Positions 1-8,762 of a stretch of DNA of 64,000 nucleotides are shown piece after piece. The translations under genes and the position numbers were made by a program. Source of the DNA: a virus (taxonomy: Duplodnaviria > Caudoviricetes); IMG/VR virus record IMGVR_UViG_3300049988_000245, positions 201,896 through 265,895 of that record, one strand, 5' to 3'. Within the stretch, counting starts at the first letter, position 1, and every line of letters begins with the position of its first letter. Under the pieces are notes generated by a model. The model did no database searches and was not told the DNA's origin. It was given only the letters and a program-made list of their open reading frames with translations.

Positions 1-881
1 GCTGCCTGCTCGGCCGATCGATTCATCTCACTGGTGTCCTTGATCGTCACCAGACGGGCGGGGCGTCCTGCCCAGATGATACGGGTTCCGGTGAAGATCA
101 CCGAGATGTGGTCGCCGTTGTTGTGCAGCCCCTGGGCGACGAAATGCGTATGGTCGTCGTTCGCCTCGACACGCTCAGCCTCGGAGACATCGAAGAGAAT
201 CGCGACGGGGCGATTCATAATCTCTTCCGCATCATAGCCGAATAGCCGGGTCACCGCAGGATTCGCAGCAACGATCCGATCGTTCTGCTCGATCAGGATT
301 CCATCGAACGATGCGTCGAACGCCGACTTGTATCCGCGATTGGCTTTCGAAGATTCCGAAAGGCCGACGATCGGCTCCATATTGCGGATGATCACCAGCA
401 TGGAGGATGACCCGTTGGACCAATCCAGCCGGGTGATCGAGGGTTCGATCCAGAACAAGGCTCCGTTCGGCCGTAGGCCCCTCAGAGGCTTGGGAGAGGT
501 CGGGAGCCACGCGGAGCTTTCCTCGGCCATCCCCCACAGGGTGGAGGCGTCTGGAACCGCATCCGCACCATGCTGGAACAGATCGCAGACGTTAAGCCCG
601 TTGATGTCGGCCCGGCCGAACATCCGTCCTGCTGCGGGATTATACGACTGAACAGTTCCGTCCATCTCGGTCAGGAACAGCGCGTCGTTCATGATCCGCG
701 CGGTATGCTCAAACTGACGGATCGAATCATCGAGACGCGCTTTGAGGCAGATCGTTAGGTCTTGTGCCGCGTTGGCAGTCTCGGTAGCCGCCATCAGTAG
801 AGAATTTTGACTTACCGACATCAAGGCTTCGAGGTGGTCGTCGCGCTTCTGGCGTGTTTTCCGACTACCCCAACCGAACAT
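1..881 (-). CDS. Tandem PAS-domain sensor protein (3' end runs off the window)
   Basis: Manually translated; absent from the ORF track because it is open at the edge. ATG at 881, no stop down to base 1: MFGWGSRK...IMNDALFLTEMDGTVQSYNPAAGRMFG...GLRPNGALFWIE...VIIRN...SFDGILIEQNDRIVAANPAVTRLFGYDAEEIMNRPVAILF...LVTIKD, i.e. two PAS repeats. Confidence 0.85.
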   Translation of the reverse strand, partial: MFGWGSRKTRQKRDDHLEALMSVSQNSLLMAATETANAAQDLTICLKARLDDSIRQFEHTARIMNDALFLTEMDGTVQSYNPAAGRMFGRADINGLNVCDLFQHGADAVPDASTLWGMAEESSAWLPTSPKPLRGLRPNGALFWIEPSITRLDWSNGSSSMLVIIRNMEPIVGLSESSKANRGYKSAFDASFDGILIEQNDRIVAANPAVTRLFGYDAEEIMNRPVAILFDVSEAERVEANDDHTHFVAQGLHNNGDHISVIFTGTRIIWAGRPARLVTIKDTSEMNRSAEQA

Positions 882-1121
882 CAAAATACATCCTTGTACA
901 CAGAACCGCGTCGAATCTTATTTATCGCACTTGCAGTACAATTGAACCGTTTACAAATTGTAGATGCAGCTTCTAGACTTGCGCGAATCTCACGAACTTG
1001 GTCGTCGGTAAGTCGTCGAAGCGTTGGGCGAATGTCGTTTTTGACCAGTGTTTTTAGAAGAACCGAGATACGTATTTCCAGTCTCGATATGAACGATCCG
1101 ATATATTCCAGAGTAATCCAA
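881..1121 (-). pseudogene. Internally deleted GIY-YIG homing endonuclease remnant
   Basis: The frame starting TTG 1121 reads MDYSGIYRIVHIETGNTYLGSSKN (GIY-YIG motif) and stops early. Another frame reads LTDDQVREIRAS...SAINKIRRGSVYKDV (HTH typical of phage endonuclease C-termini). The segment is AT-rich. Confidence 0.7.
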
Positions 1122-1219
1122 AACAAAAGCCCTGTAAAATCGAGCTAACGATCTTACAGAGCTTTACAAAGTAATTAAATATTTTTATCGTAGTTAGTAC
1201 TAATCTCCATTAAAACCAA

Positions 1220-1483
1220 TTACAACTTTGAACGTATCTCAATTAGGACTAATTTCAGCGAAGTCAAAGCTTCGCCGAGCGTCTTATTGCCGGTGTAATA
1301 GTCATCAACGATGCGCTCGATTTTCTCATCCTTGCGCTCGACTTCCTTGAGGATTCGGCGGCGGTCGAGGATGAGAAGGCCGATGATAAGGCAGAGGATG
1401 GCGATCATCGCCTGAGGTCCACCACCGAGAAGCGCGCCGATCAACTTTTCAAAAATAGATTCCAAGGTCGGGGCTCCAGCCAA
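1220..1483 (-). CDS. Small single-TM membrane protein with coiled-coil tail (holin-like?)
   Basis: Hydrophobic AMIAILCLIIGLLIL followed by a charged helical segment; TAAATA upstream at 1500-1505. Confidence 0.7.
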   Translation of the reverse strand: MAGAPTLESIFEKLIGALLGGGPQAMIAILCLIIGLLILDRRRILKEVERKDEKIERIVDDYYTGNKTLGEALTSLKLVLIEIRSKL

Positions 1484-1569
1484 TATTATGGGACTGGAGT
1501 ATTTATGCCCTGACCTTGGATTTGTTGAGTGCGTACTTTGCTGGCACTTACGTCGAAATCATCGCGGGA

Positions 1570-1992
1570 CTAGAGCCCGGAAGCCCATCGGAACTTGAAG
1601 AACACTGCCATATCCTCGTCTGCGAAGGAGAATTTCAGCCCCTTCACATCTCGGGTGACACGGACTCCGAGGTCGGTCCATTCGTAGCGCCCGAAGATCG
1701 AGTACTTTGCCTTGGCGTGTTCTTCGAGCCATTCCCGAATCTCGAACATGACGTCCGAATCTGGAACCTTGATGAGAACGCTGTGCTGGCAGAGATCGGG
1801 TCCAACTATGTGCGAGACGAGCGCGGCCAGCGCTGGAAACGTCTCCCCGCCCTTCTTCTTCGTGTGAACAGTACCGTTCATCAGGTGGGACCATCGAAGT
1901 TTTATGTCCGAGATTCCACCATGCGCAACTGCTGCGGCCATCGTTCCTTTCCCGGTGTGCCCCCACACGTCCAAAAGATTTTGGAGCCGCAA
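1570..1992 (-). CDS. FKLRW-motif family protein
   Basis: Ends FSFADEDMAVFFKFRWASGL; has the EIREWLEEH helix typical of the family. Start uncertain. Confidence 0.75.
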   Translation of the reverse strand: MRLQNLLDVWGHTGKGTMAAAVAHGGISDIKLRWSHLMNGTVHTKKKGGETFPALAALVSHIVGPDLCQHSVLIKVPDSDVMFEIREWLEEHAKAKYSIFGRYEWTDLGVRVTRDVKGLKFSFADEDMAVFFKFRWASGL

Positions 1993-2076
1993 TTTTAGGT
2001 CAACCGAAAGGAAAATGCCACCCGTAAAAATACGGATTGCGCACCAAAATAGGACATTCTGGTGGGACCGTATAGT

Positions 2077-2796
2077 TTAGATACGAACCACGAGTGCTGA
2101 ATCACTGTCGGTGTGCTGCACAACGTACGCACGATCCATCATGTTTACGCTCCAACCTTGACCGAGTAGCACAGCAATGTTTTGGCCAGCAGCAATGTCG
2201 TCCATGGACATCGAAATAGCTGCTTCGTTTAGACCTTGCTGAGACATTAATTCGTTTAATTCGCCGAAGCCAACGAACTCGAATTTATGCACTTCGTGAC
2301 CACCACCCAGGGTTAGTACGCCTCGGCTAAGAGACGCAGAAGTGAGATCGCTTGGGTATAGGAAGGTAAGAACTGCCTCTGAGAGGTTGTCCTCCTCGGG
2401 GTCGATCACTGCTTTACGAACTTCTTCCTCTGAGAACGGAACCAGATCATCATGGCCACGCAGATGCATTTTCCAGTTATCGATGTTCGCCAGCGGAGCG
2501 ACTTCTTCTAATAGAGCGGTCACATTTTCTGGGAGCATGTTGTTCTTGAGAAGTTCGATGAACACCATGTAGTAGCCCTGCGCGTCCGGAGCGGGAGAAA
2601 TCTCCGTATCGATCAATTCCACGGCGGAGCGTTGAAGGAATCGATTCAGGTCTTCGGCCGCGCCATGTTCGGCGACGTAGAAGGCGATGACGATCGCCTC
2701 GTCATCAATTTTTGATTCGTACTCGTCCACGGAAATCAATGGAAGAATCAGGTCTTCGAGGTCGCCCCCTCGCATGCCTTCGTACAGATTAGCCAT
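2077..2796 (-). CDS. Conserved jumbo-phage hypothetical protein
   Basis: Start moved to ATG 2796 (MANLYEGMRGGDLEDL), overlapping the upstream stop; globular acidic ORF. Confidence 0.8.
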   Translation of the reverse strand: MANLYEGMRGGDLEDLILPLISVDEYESKIDDEAIVIAFYVAEHGAAEDLNRFLQRSAVELIDTEISPAPDAQGYYMVFIELLKNNMLPENVTALLEEVAPLANIDNWKMHLRGHDDLVPFSEEEVRKAVIDPEEDNLSEAVLTFLYPSDLTSASLSRGVLTLGGGHEVHKFEFVGFGELNELMSQQGLNEAAISMSMDDIAAGQNIAVLLGQGWSVNMMDRAYVVQHTDSDSALVVRI

Positions 2797-3382
2797 TCGG
2801 AACACCTCCCTTAGCCGGAGGCGCGGCCGGTGCCGCTGGAGGGGTGGCCATCGGGTCCCCGCCTGGAGGCTGGTCCATCGGATCGCCGCCCGGATTATTA
2901 GGATCGCCCTGGCTTTCTTCATCGTAGCCAGACTCGTCGTTCATGCCGCCGTCCTGAGCGTCCTGAACGTCTTCCACGTCCACTTCTTCGTCGTAAAAGT
3001 CCAACTGACCGGCATTGAGTTCAGAAATCAGACGGCGAGGAATCGAGATTCGAACGAGCCAGACCTTCTTGCCCTCTGCATCTACCTCGGCCTCGTCCAA
3101 ATCTTTTGTCTCGCCCTTGGGGTCCTCGTGGGCCTTGGAAAAATCCACGCGAACGCCGTGCTTGAGCAAGCGAAGTCCTGCGCGGGGGTCGGGCATCTTC
3201 TTGTGATCGTACTTGATCGTCATATCGAGCCAATATCGGCGGACCTTAGGTCCCTCGACGATCTCACCGTCAATCCAGTTCTTGAACACGTATACGTCGA
3301 GTGAATCTAGAACATCTTCCATCTGAATAAGAAGATCGAGCAGATGTGGAGAATCTTCAAGTTTTTCGATATCAGCAGGCAT
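2789..3382 (-). CDS. Conserved jumbo-phage hypothetical protein with acidic/Pro-rich tail
   Basis: LLDLLIQMEDVLDSLDVYVFKNWIDGEIVEGPKVRRYW resembles a core gene of large T4-like phages; TAAATA upstream at 3411-3416. Confidence 0.8.
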   Translation of the reverse strand: MPADIEKLEDSPHLLDLLIQMEDVLDSLDVYVFKNWIDGEIVEGPKVRRYWLDMTIKYDHKKMPDPRAGLRLLKHGVRVDFSKAHEDPKGETKDLDEAEVDAEGKKVWLVRISIPRRLISELNAGQLDFYDEEVDVEDVQDAQDGGMNDESGYDEESQGDPNNPGGDPMDQPPGGDPMATPPAAPAAPPAKGGVPNG

Positions 3383-3435
3383 GGATTCACATCAGGTTGA
3401 ATTACCTGAGTATTTAGTTAGATGTGAATGGACAA

Positions 3436-3468
3436 TAAAAAACGCAGCACCCTGGAAGGTGCTGCGTT
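3436..3468 (-). terminator. Rho-independent terminator
   Basis: AACGCAGCAC-CCTGGAAG-GTGCTGCGTT hairpin with an A-run on its left (U-tract on minus), downstream of 3494-4219. Confidence 0.8.
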
Positions 3469-3493
3469 AGATAGATTCGTGTGGGATTGTGTA

Positions 3494-4219
3494 TCAGTGG
3501 GCGTTTTGACCGAACGCACGCTCGCGCTGGCGGCGGAAGATCGATGAGTCTGTCTTCGTCGGTGTTACCACGACGTTCTGCATGACCGGCTTGGTTGCCA
3601 CCATCGCACGGGGCTTGCGGGTTTTCTGGAGGGGAAGCGGATTCTCAGCGAAGTGTTGGAACAGCCTGTCGATAATGCTGCTGGCTTCTCGGGCCGCAGC
3701 AAAAGCACGCTGTGGCGTTTCGCATGAAATTCCCGAAACAGTGCTTTCTAGCATCTGAAGGGTTGAGCGAATCTGCTCGGATGCAGGAAGAGGCTCTTGG
3801 ATCGGGTTTGCGTTGTTCTCGTGGAGATTCAGTTCTTCCACGACGGTGGATTGGGCGGGAATGGTCTCGCGTGGCCAAATCCGGATGTGGGCTTCCCAAC
3901 GCTCTGGGGCATATCCCTTGCCCGCGTGGGGAACTGCTTCCATCCAGCCGCCGGTTCGACGCTGGAGAATGTAATAGGGATTTCCGAGAGGGTTCGTGAG
4001 GAGACTGAGGAGGTGTCCGGCTTGACTGCCTTCGATTGTTGCCTCGGCCCCGCCTCGGCGCTTATCCGTGATTTCGACAACGTCGGAATCATCCCCTCCG
4101 ATTTTGTGCACCGGCTTGAAGAAAACAGCGTTGCCTTCGACCTTGATCCGGATACCCACGGCGTCTTCCCCGAGGAAGAACATCTTCACCGCTGGCTTAT
4201 TGAAGGTCATCTTAAACAT
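3494..4219 (-). CDS. Hypothetical protein
   Basis: 241-aa ORF with upstream SD-like GGAG and a terminator downstream. Confidence 0.75.
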   Translation of the reverse strand: MFKMTFNKPAVKMFFLGEDAVGIRIKVEGNAVFFKPVHKIGGDDSDVVEITDKRRGGAEATIEGSQAGHLLSLLTNPLGNPYYILQRRTGGWMEAVPHAGKGYAPERWEAHIRIWPRETIPAQSTVVEELNLHENNANPIQEPLPASEQIRSTLQMLESTVSGISCETPQRAFAAAREASSIIDRLFQHFAENPLPLQKTRKPRAMVATKPVMQNVVVTPTKTDSSIFRRQRERAFGQNAH

Positions 4220-4343
4220 GGACTCAGGTACCTTTCAGGTGCGCCCCTAGTTGGTTCGGGGTCGCTTTTCCCTGCTGCAATTTCGTCCATATATGACAAA
4301 TAATCGCAATGCAAGCCGATTCCATTTTTTGGTTTACCGAATC

Positions 4344-4532
4344 TTAAAAATTGTGTCGAGGCGGCTCGCCAAACCCTTGAAAGACCACACAAACTTTGAA
4401 CGAATTTCGTATTATCATGCCATTTTTATTCCCAAACCGCCGTATTTCAGGTTTTAATTCCGAAAGTATTTCATCACATTCGTCAGTAATCGAAGCCCAA
4501 AACGGAAGACACAAAAGGCTTCGGTTGACCAT
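4344..4532 (-). CDS. Small hypothetical protein
   Basis: ATG just after the stop of the upstream gene; AT-rich, no motif. Confidence 0.35.
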   Translation of the reverse strand: MVNRSLLCLPFWASITDECDEILSELKPEIRRFGNKNGMIIRNSFKVCVVFQGFGEPPRHNF

Positions 4533-4536
4533 GCGG

Positions 4537-5133
4537 TTAGTTTCCCCCACTGTACCCAAGAGGCCAGCTACCAGTGAAATCATAGGTGGCAATCTCAGGA
4601 ATCGAGCTTAGATTGGCCACAGTAGCCTTGTGGTACCACGATGCCTTGTAAATCATGTTGGCCCAGATGCAGCTACACTGGTAGAACTGTGTGAAGCTTG
4701 CGTTGTCGTAGGGTATATCCGTGTTGTTTTGGGCGCGGAACGAGAATCCTGATGGAAGAATATATCCGGTTCCGATAAGAGTCATGATTCCAGTCATATT
4801 CGACCGAGATACGACATCAGAATCGTAATATACTCCGTTGTATAGCCAGCCACCATTCAACTTAGCGTCTCGGTACGTGTTGATGAAGTCTTGCTTGATT
4901 CGGATCGCGGATGTCACATTAGCCCCCATATAGGGAAGCCACTTATCCACGTCGGCGCGTTCGGATTCGCTTTTTAACGATAGAGTATCGTCGGCATTGA
5001 GAGTCCAATAACAAGAAGGGAATCCCTCGACCTGGGAAAGATCAGGATTGATCAGCCATTCGGCAGGATCAAAATCAGGCGTATTAGCACTTTCGTGATA
5101 TTCAAAAGTATTTTTATTTAAAACGCGGGCCAT
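4537..5133 (-). CDS. Tail-fibre-associated protein (DUF4376-like C-terminus)
   Basis: INTYRDAKLNGG..YNGVYYDSDVVSRSNMTGI pattern; SD GAAGGA before ATG 5133. Confidence 0.7.
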   Translation of the reverse strand: MARVLNKNTFEYHESANTPDFDPAEWLINPDLSQVEGFPSCYWTLNADDTLSLKSESERADVDKWLPYMGANVTSAIRIKQDFINTYRDAKLNGGWLYNGVYYDSDVVSRSNMTGIMTLIGTGYILPSGFSFRAQNNTDIPYDNASFTQFYQCSCIWANMIYKASWYHKATVANLSSIPEIATYDFTGSWPLGYSGGN

Positions 5134-5144
5134 TTTATAATCCT

Positions 5145-5855
5145 TCAAACACTTCGACGTAGTCTGGCTAGAGCATCTCCAAATTTTGGACCAGCAACAA
5201 TATTTGTTGCGTTGAATTTGAACGGGCCAACATCAAGTACGCTAGCGCTTGCAGCTAGAGTAGTTGTTCTCGATCCCTCATACATTCCTAAGTTTATAAT
5301 CAACCCGAATGTTGCGCAGTCTGCTCCACGTGTAACATATTGGGTCTGAATCTCGTTCGACGACAAAGCACGATTGTAGAGACGAACATCTTCCATCATG
5401 CCGTCAAAAAATTCTGTTGCCGTGGAATTGTTGTAGTCCGCGCCGATCGACATCGGTACGGTACCGGTTAGAACCGCTGCGGTTCTTGCGAAAGTACCCA
5501 CAACCGCACCGTTCACGTACACGCGCATATTGGAGCCATCCCAGCTACCCGCGATGTGTGTCCACGTGTTGATTGGCACGCTTCCTCCTGCCACGGTATC
5601 GACCGAGTACGTGGTACCGCCGAGTCCATTAGAGACACCTTTACCCACCATGAGGCGGCAATTGCTCTGATAAACGTCGAGACCGTACACCTCGGTTGCC
5701 GTTGAGGCCGAAGCTACGCGGCTCATGACCCGTTGCATCGTTGCGGTGCTCGATGGATTCACCCAGGCGCAGATGGTCCCGGTTGAGACCACCATAGAGG
5801 CGTTGTAAGGGATTCGTAGATATTGGGACGAGGCACGGGTGAAGAGCAGGGCCAT
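5145..5855 (-). CDS. LamG/concanavalin-A-like lectin domain virion protein
   Basis: TICAWVNP...WTHIAGSWDGSNMRVYVNG...FFDGMMEDVRLYNRALSSNEI is a classic LamG signature. Confidence 0.9.
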   Translation of the reverse strand: MALLFTRASSQYLRIPYNASMVVSTGTICAWVNPSSTATMQRVMSRVASASTATEVYGLDVYQSNCRLMVGKGVSNGLGGTTYSVDTVAGGSVPINTWTHIAGSWDGSNMRVYVNGAVVGTFARTAAVLTGTVPMSIGADYNNSTATEFFDGMMEDVRLYNRALSSNEIQTQYVTRGADCATFGLIINLGMYEGSRTTTLAASASVLDVGPFKFNATNIVAGPKFGDALARLRRSV

Positions 5856-6526
5856 TACGCGAACTCAGCCCCGAGTTCGACCAGATAGAAATCGCCAGAA
5901 GAGGTGTCTGCGGTCGCGCTGCCCTGACGTGTCAATTCGATCTGAGCGAGCGTACCCGTGCTCAAGTTAAGCGAGCTAAGATTGAATGTTTGCGAAAAAT
6001 ACTGATAATTCGTGTTCGCAGGAATCGTTAGCGTATTCATCGTGGTGATCGTCCAAGCACCAATAGCAGAGTTATTGGGGACCGTTCTTGTGTGGAGGCG
6101 CAAGACCACGCCACCTGATGAGGAGGTAGACGCGCCTCGACCCTTCAAGCGGATTGTGATGGTCGAAATCGACGATGGAATTGACATGGCCATGCCAACA
6201 CCTTCTTCTGCGGTGTCGTCGAATGCACGAACCGTCAAGGAGGTATTGGTGGGATCGGTGGTTGCCGGAGCAAGACCATTGACGGACCAGTCCGACGTCA
6301 CGGGGTTGTCGAACTGATCCGCATAGAATAAACGTGTACGAGGAACAAAGTTCGGAATCTGCCACGCACCGAATTGATACATCTCAAACGTGGACAGGTC
6401 GGTGTTGTAGCGCATCATTCCAGCAACCGGCGATGAGGGTCGCTGAGCCGTCGTGCCCGCCGCAAGCTGAAGGTAACCAGTCGAGTACTGCGTGATGTTA
6501 CCTGAGTTCTGATTACCTTCTCTCAT
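5855..6526 (-). CDS. Tail-fibre/adhesin protein
   Basis: QLAAGTTAQRPSSPVAGMMRYNTDLSTFEMY motif; Ser/Thr-rich beta domain; AAGGAG SD before ATG 6526. Confidence 0.75.
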   Translation of the reverse strand: MREGNQNSGNITQYSTGYLQLAAGTTAQRPSSPVAGMMRYNTDLSTFEMYQFGAWQIPNFVPRTRLFYADQFDNPVTSDWSVNGLAPATTDPTNTSLTVRAFDDTAEEGVGMAMSIPSSISTITIRLKGRGASTSSSGGVVLRLHTRTVPNNSAIGAWTITTMNTLTIPANTNYQYFSQTFNLSSLNLSTGTLAQIELTRQGSATADTSSGDFYLVELGAEFA

Positions 6527-6534
6527 TTTGCTCC

Positions 6535-7335
6535 TTAGCCGACAGCAATAATGTTCCAAGTACCCGTGAGGGTACCAAATGAAGTAAGATCGATCGTGCT
6601 TACTGTGGTGCTTGTAGCAGTGATATCATCCGGCTGAATCACCTTATTGTTATTGTCGTAAATCGTGATATCGACAAACTGCTGACCAAGGCCGTGCGTG
6701 AACGTGAGCAGGCCAGACGACAAGGTCGCGCTGGTAAACGTCGTGCGCGCTGCCTTCGTAAACCCGGTTACAGCGGCGGAAATCTGCGCGATCGTTGCGC
6801 GAACGTTGTTCGTGCCGTTGTAGACGAGCACCTGATCGGTCGAGGAAACCGAACCAGCGGCGTTCAGACCGGCAACCGACAGTCCGACGACCGGAGACGC
6901 CGTAACGCCATCACCGTTCGTCAGCGAGATACCCTGCTGGCCTGCTACGGTGGATGCGGTGAACGAGATCGTCTTGTATGTGGCCGCTCCTGAGCGAACG
7001 ACGAGACCAGTGGTGGACAGCGCGTTGATCGAGGCAAGCTCACCCGCCAGGGCAATGTTGATCGTGCCCGAACCCGTGACAGTGGGGTTGCTCACGGATA
7101 GTCCGGTAGATGTCGTCGCCAGGGTAACGCTGGAGACCGTACCGTCGCCAAGTCCGACCGGAAGCCATGCCGGAGTCGAGCCCGAGGTGGCTTCAAATCG
7201 ATTTGTGTCCGTGTTGAAGCGCAGCATACCGGCCACGGCTGTCGGACGTTGGGCAGCGGTGCCCTTTGCAATCTGGAATGAGCCCGTGCTGGTCTGAACC
7301 GCACTGCCCGCAATGATAAGTGAACCAACCTGCAT
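6535..7335 (-). CDS. Tail-fibre/adhesin protein
   Basis: QIAKGTAAQRPTAVAGMLRFNTDTNRFE, GTVSSV and LTFTHGLG motifs; TAAATA upstream. Confidence 0.8.
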   Translation of the reverse strand: MQVGSLIIAGSAVQTSTGSFQIAKGTAAQRPTAVAGMLRFNTDTNRFEATSGSTPAWLPVGLGDGTVSSVTLATTSTGLSVSNPTVTGSGTINIALAGELASINALSTTGLVVRSGAATYKTISFTASTVAGQQGISLTNGDGVTASPVVGLSVAGLNAAGSVSSTDQVLVYNGTNNVRATIAQISAAVTGFTKAARTTFTSATLSSGLLTFTHGLGQQFVDITIYDNNNKVIQPDDITATSTTVSTIDLTSFGTLTGTWNIIAVG

Positions 7336-7373
7336 CGAATCGTACTCCTAAGTCAGAGCCACAAGGCTCTAAT

Positions 7374-7619
7374 TTATTTACCGACTACGATGGTCCAGTT
7401 CCCAACGATGTTTCCAAATGAATTAATGACCAAGTAGATACTATTGCTATCGAGTGATAGAATTCCATCAGGCATAACGAACTCTCGGTCGTTATTGTAT
7501 ATAATTACAACCGGAAAATCTTCGTTCAGGTTGTGCTGGATTGTCAACGCCCCACCGTTCAGATCGGAAGAAGTAATACTTCTACGGTATGTTGTCTTGA
7601 CGGTTGGGAAATAAGACAT
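7374..7619 (-). CDS. Small virion protein, paralog of the C-terminal domain of 6535-7335
   Basis: LTIQHNLNEDFPVVIIYNNDREFVMPD aligns with LTFTHGLGQQFVDITIYDNNNKVIQPD. Confidence 0.75.
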   Translation of the reverse strand: MSYFPTVKTTYRRSITSSDLNGGALTIQHNLNEDFPVVIIYNNDREFVMPDGILSLDSNSIYLVINSFGNIVGNWTIVVGK

Positions 7620-7656
7620 GCTGCACTCCAGTTAGATATATCGTCTTTGTCTTACT

Positions 7657-8136
7657 TCAGATCACGTGCCACTCAACCCCGTATACCAGGGTTACGGACG
7701 AACGAGCGACTTCAAGGACCATCGACGAATTACCATCGATGGTCTGCCCTGAACCTGCCTGAATAGTGATCGGGGTGCTTGAACTAGCGGCGGCGATCTC
7801 ATCCTTAATGATATACTTCTTCCCAAAAGTTCCTTGGGGAAGCTGTACCACGCATGGAGCTTGGCGTAGGCCAAGGTAAAAATCAGAATCCAGCGCATTG
7901 TAGTTGGATGCTGATACAGGTGTACGATGGAAAACTTCACCGGTCAGATCAACCCAATTCGATACACGGAATTGGTATAGCGTGGGAGTCTGTCCGACCT
8001 GAACATACAGGTCGCCGTTCAAACCGATTTGGTTTGAAATGTTTGGATTCGACTTGCCTTGGAAGATGGTCGGACCACGCTTCCCGATGCTGAAGTTATC
8101 AGCCATTGTCCCAGCAATGTTTGAACGCACCGTCAT
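7657..8136 (-). CDS. Tail-fibre-like virion protein
   Basis: GLNGDLYVQ motif and VQLPQG...YIIKDE...ITIQAGSGQTIDG...SVTLVY C-terminal module. Confidence 0.75.
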   Translation of the reverse strand: MTVRSNIAGTMADNFSIGKRGPTIFQGKSNPNISNQIGLNGDLYVQVGQTPTLYQFRVSNWVDLTGEVFHRTPVSASNYNALDSDFYLGLRQAPCVVQLPQGTFGKKYIIKDEIAAASSSTPITIQAGSGQTIDGNSSMVLEVARSSVTLVYGVEWHVI

Positions 8137-8222
8137 TCTCAAAGTCCCATGAAAATCTGTAGTATTTAATATTTGATTGTTTGGTAATAAGAAAGGCTAC
8201 AACCATTTATTCAAGTAACTGT

Positions 8223-8651
8223 TTATTTTTGTTCCGTCTCATTGACAATATCGACGATATTCTTCCGCCCAGGAGCAATACCCCCGAATCGAGCGCCCAG
8301 GTAAAGAATCGTCCGGGTGAACACTCCTGTGCCACAGACGATCATCGCTTCCTTGAAGATCGCATCCGCCTGTTTGCGGGTCGGCGCTTGTGGATGAGGC
8401 TTGCCGATATTCAAACGGTGACACAATAGGTCATGGATCACGGCAGCGCGAGAATAGCTTCCCCAAGCAGGGAACATGGCCCATAGAAGTTGTGGAACGC
8501 TAGCCCCATCTGTCTGAAATCCAGCAGGCACGGTGATGTACTGTCCCGAACCCTTATCACCAACTTCATAGGTGAAGTCCTGTTCGATTCTCCACACACG
8601 CCAGTTCAGTGCAACTTCGGTGATTGTCAATTGTGCGGTAAAAGAACTCAT
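8223..8651 (-). CDS. DUF1353-family protein
   Basis: ITVPAGFQTDGASVP...YSRAAVIHDLLC...RKQADAIFKEAM signature. Confidence 0.9.
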   Translation of the reverse strand: MSSFTAQLTITEVALNWRVWRIEQDFTYEVGDKGSGQYITVPAGFQTDGASVPQLLWAMFPAWGSYSRAAVIHDLLCHRLNIGKPHPQAPTRKQADAIFKEAMIVCGTGVFTRTILYLGARFGGIAPGRKNIVDIVNETEQK

Positions 8652-8762
8652 AATATCTCCATTTGGGCAACTTGATTAACCGACAAGATACTCGCTCGAT
8701 CACGTCTACGTCATTAAAAAACAGACTTAAACACGCGTATAAATAGACCTAGGGAGATTCAT

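Noticed and set aside
2800-2922. N-terminal extension of ORF 2077-2922
   Set aside because: It overlaps the Pro-rich tail of the upstream gene out of frame; the real start is more likely ATG 2796.
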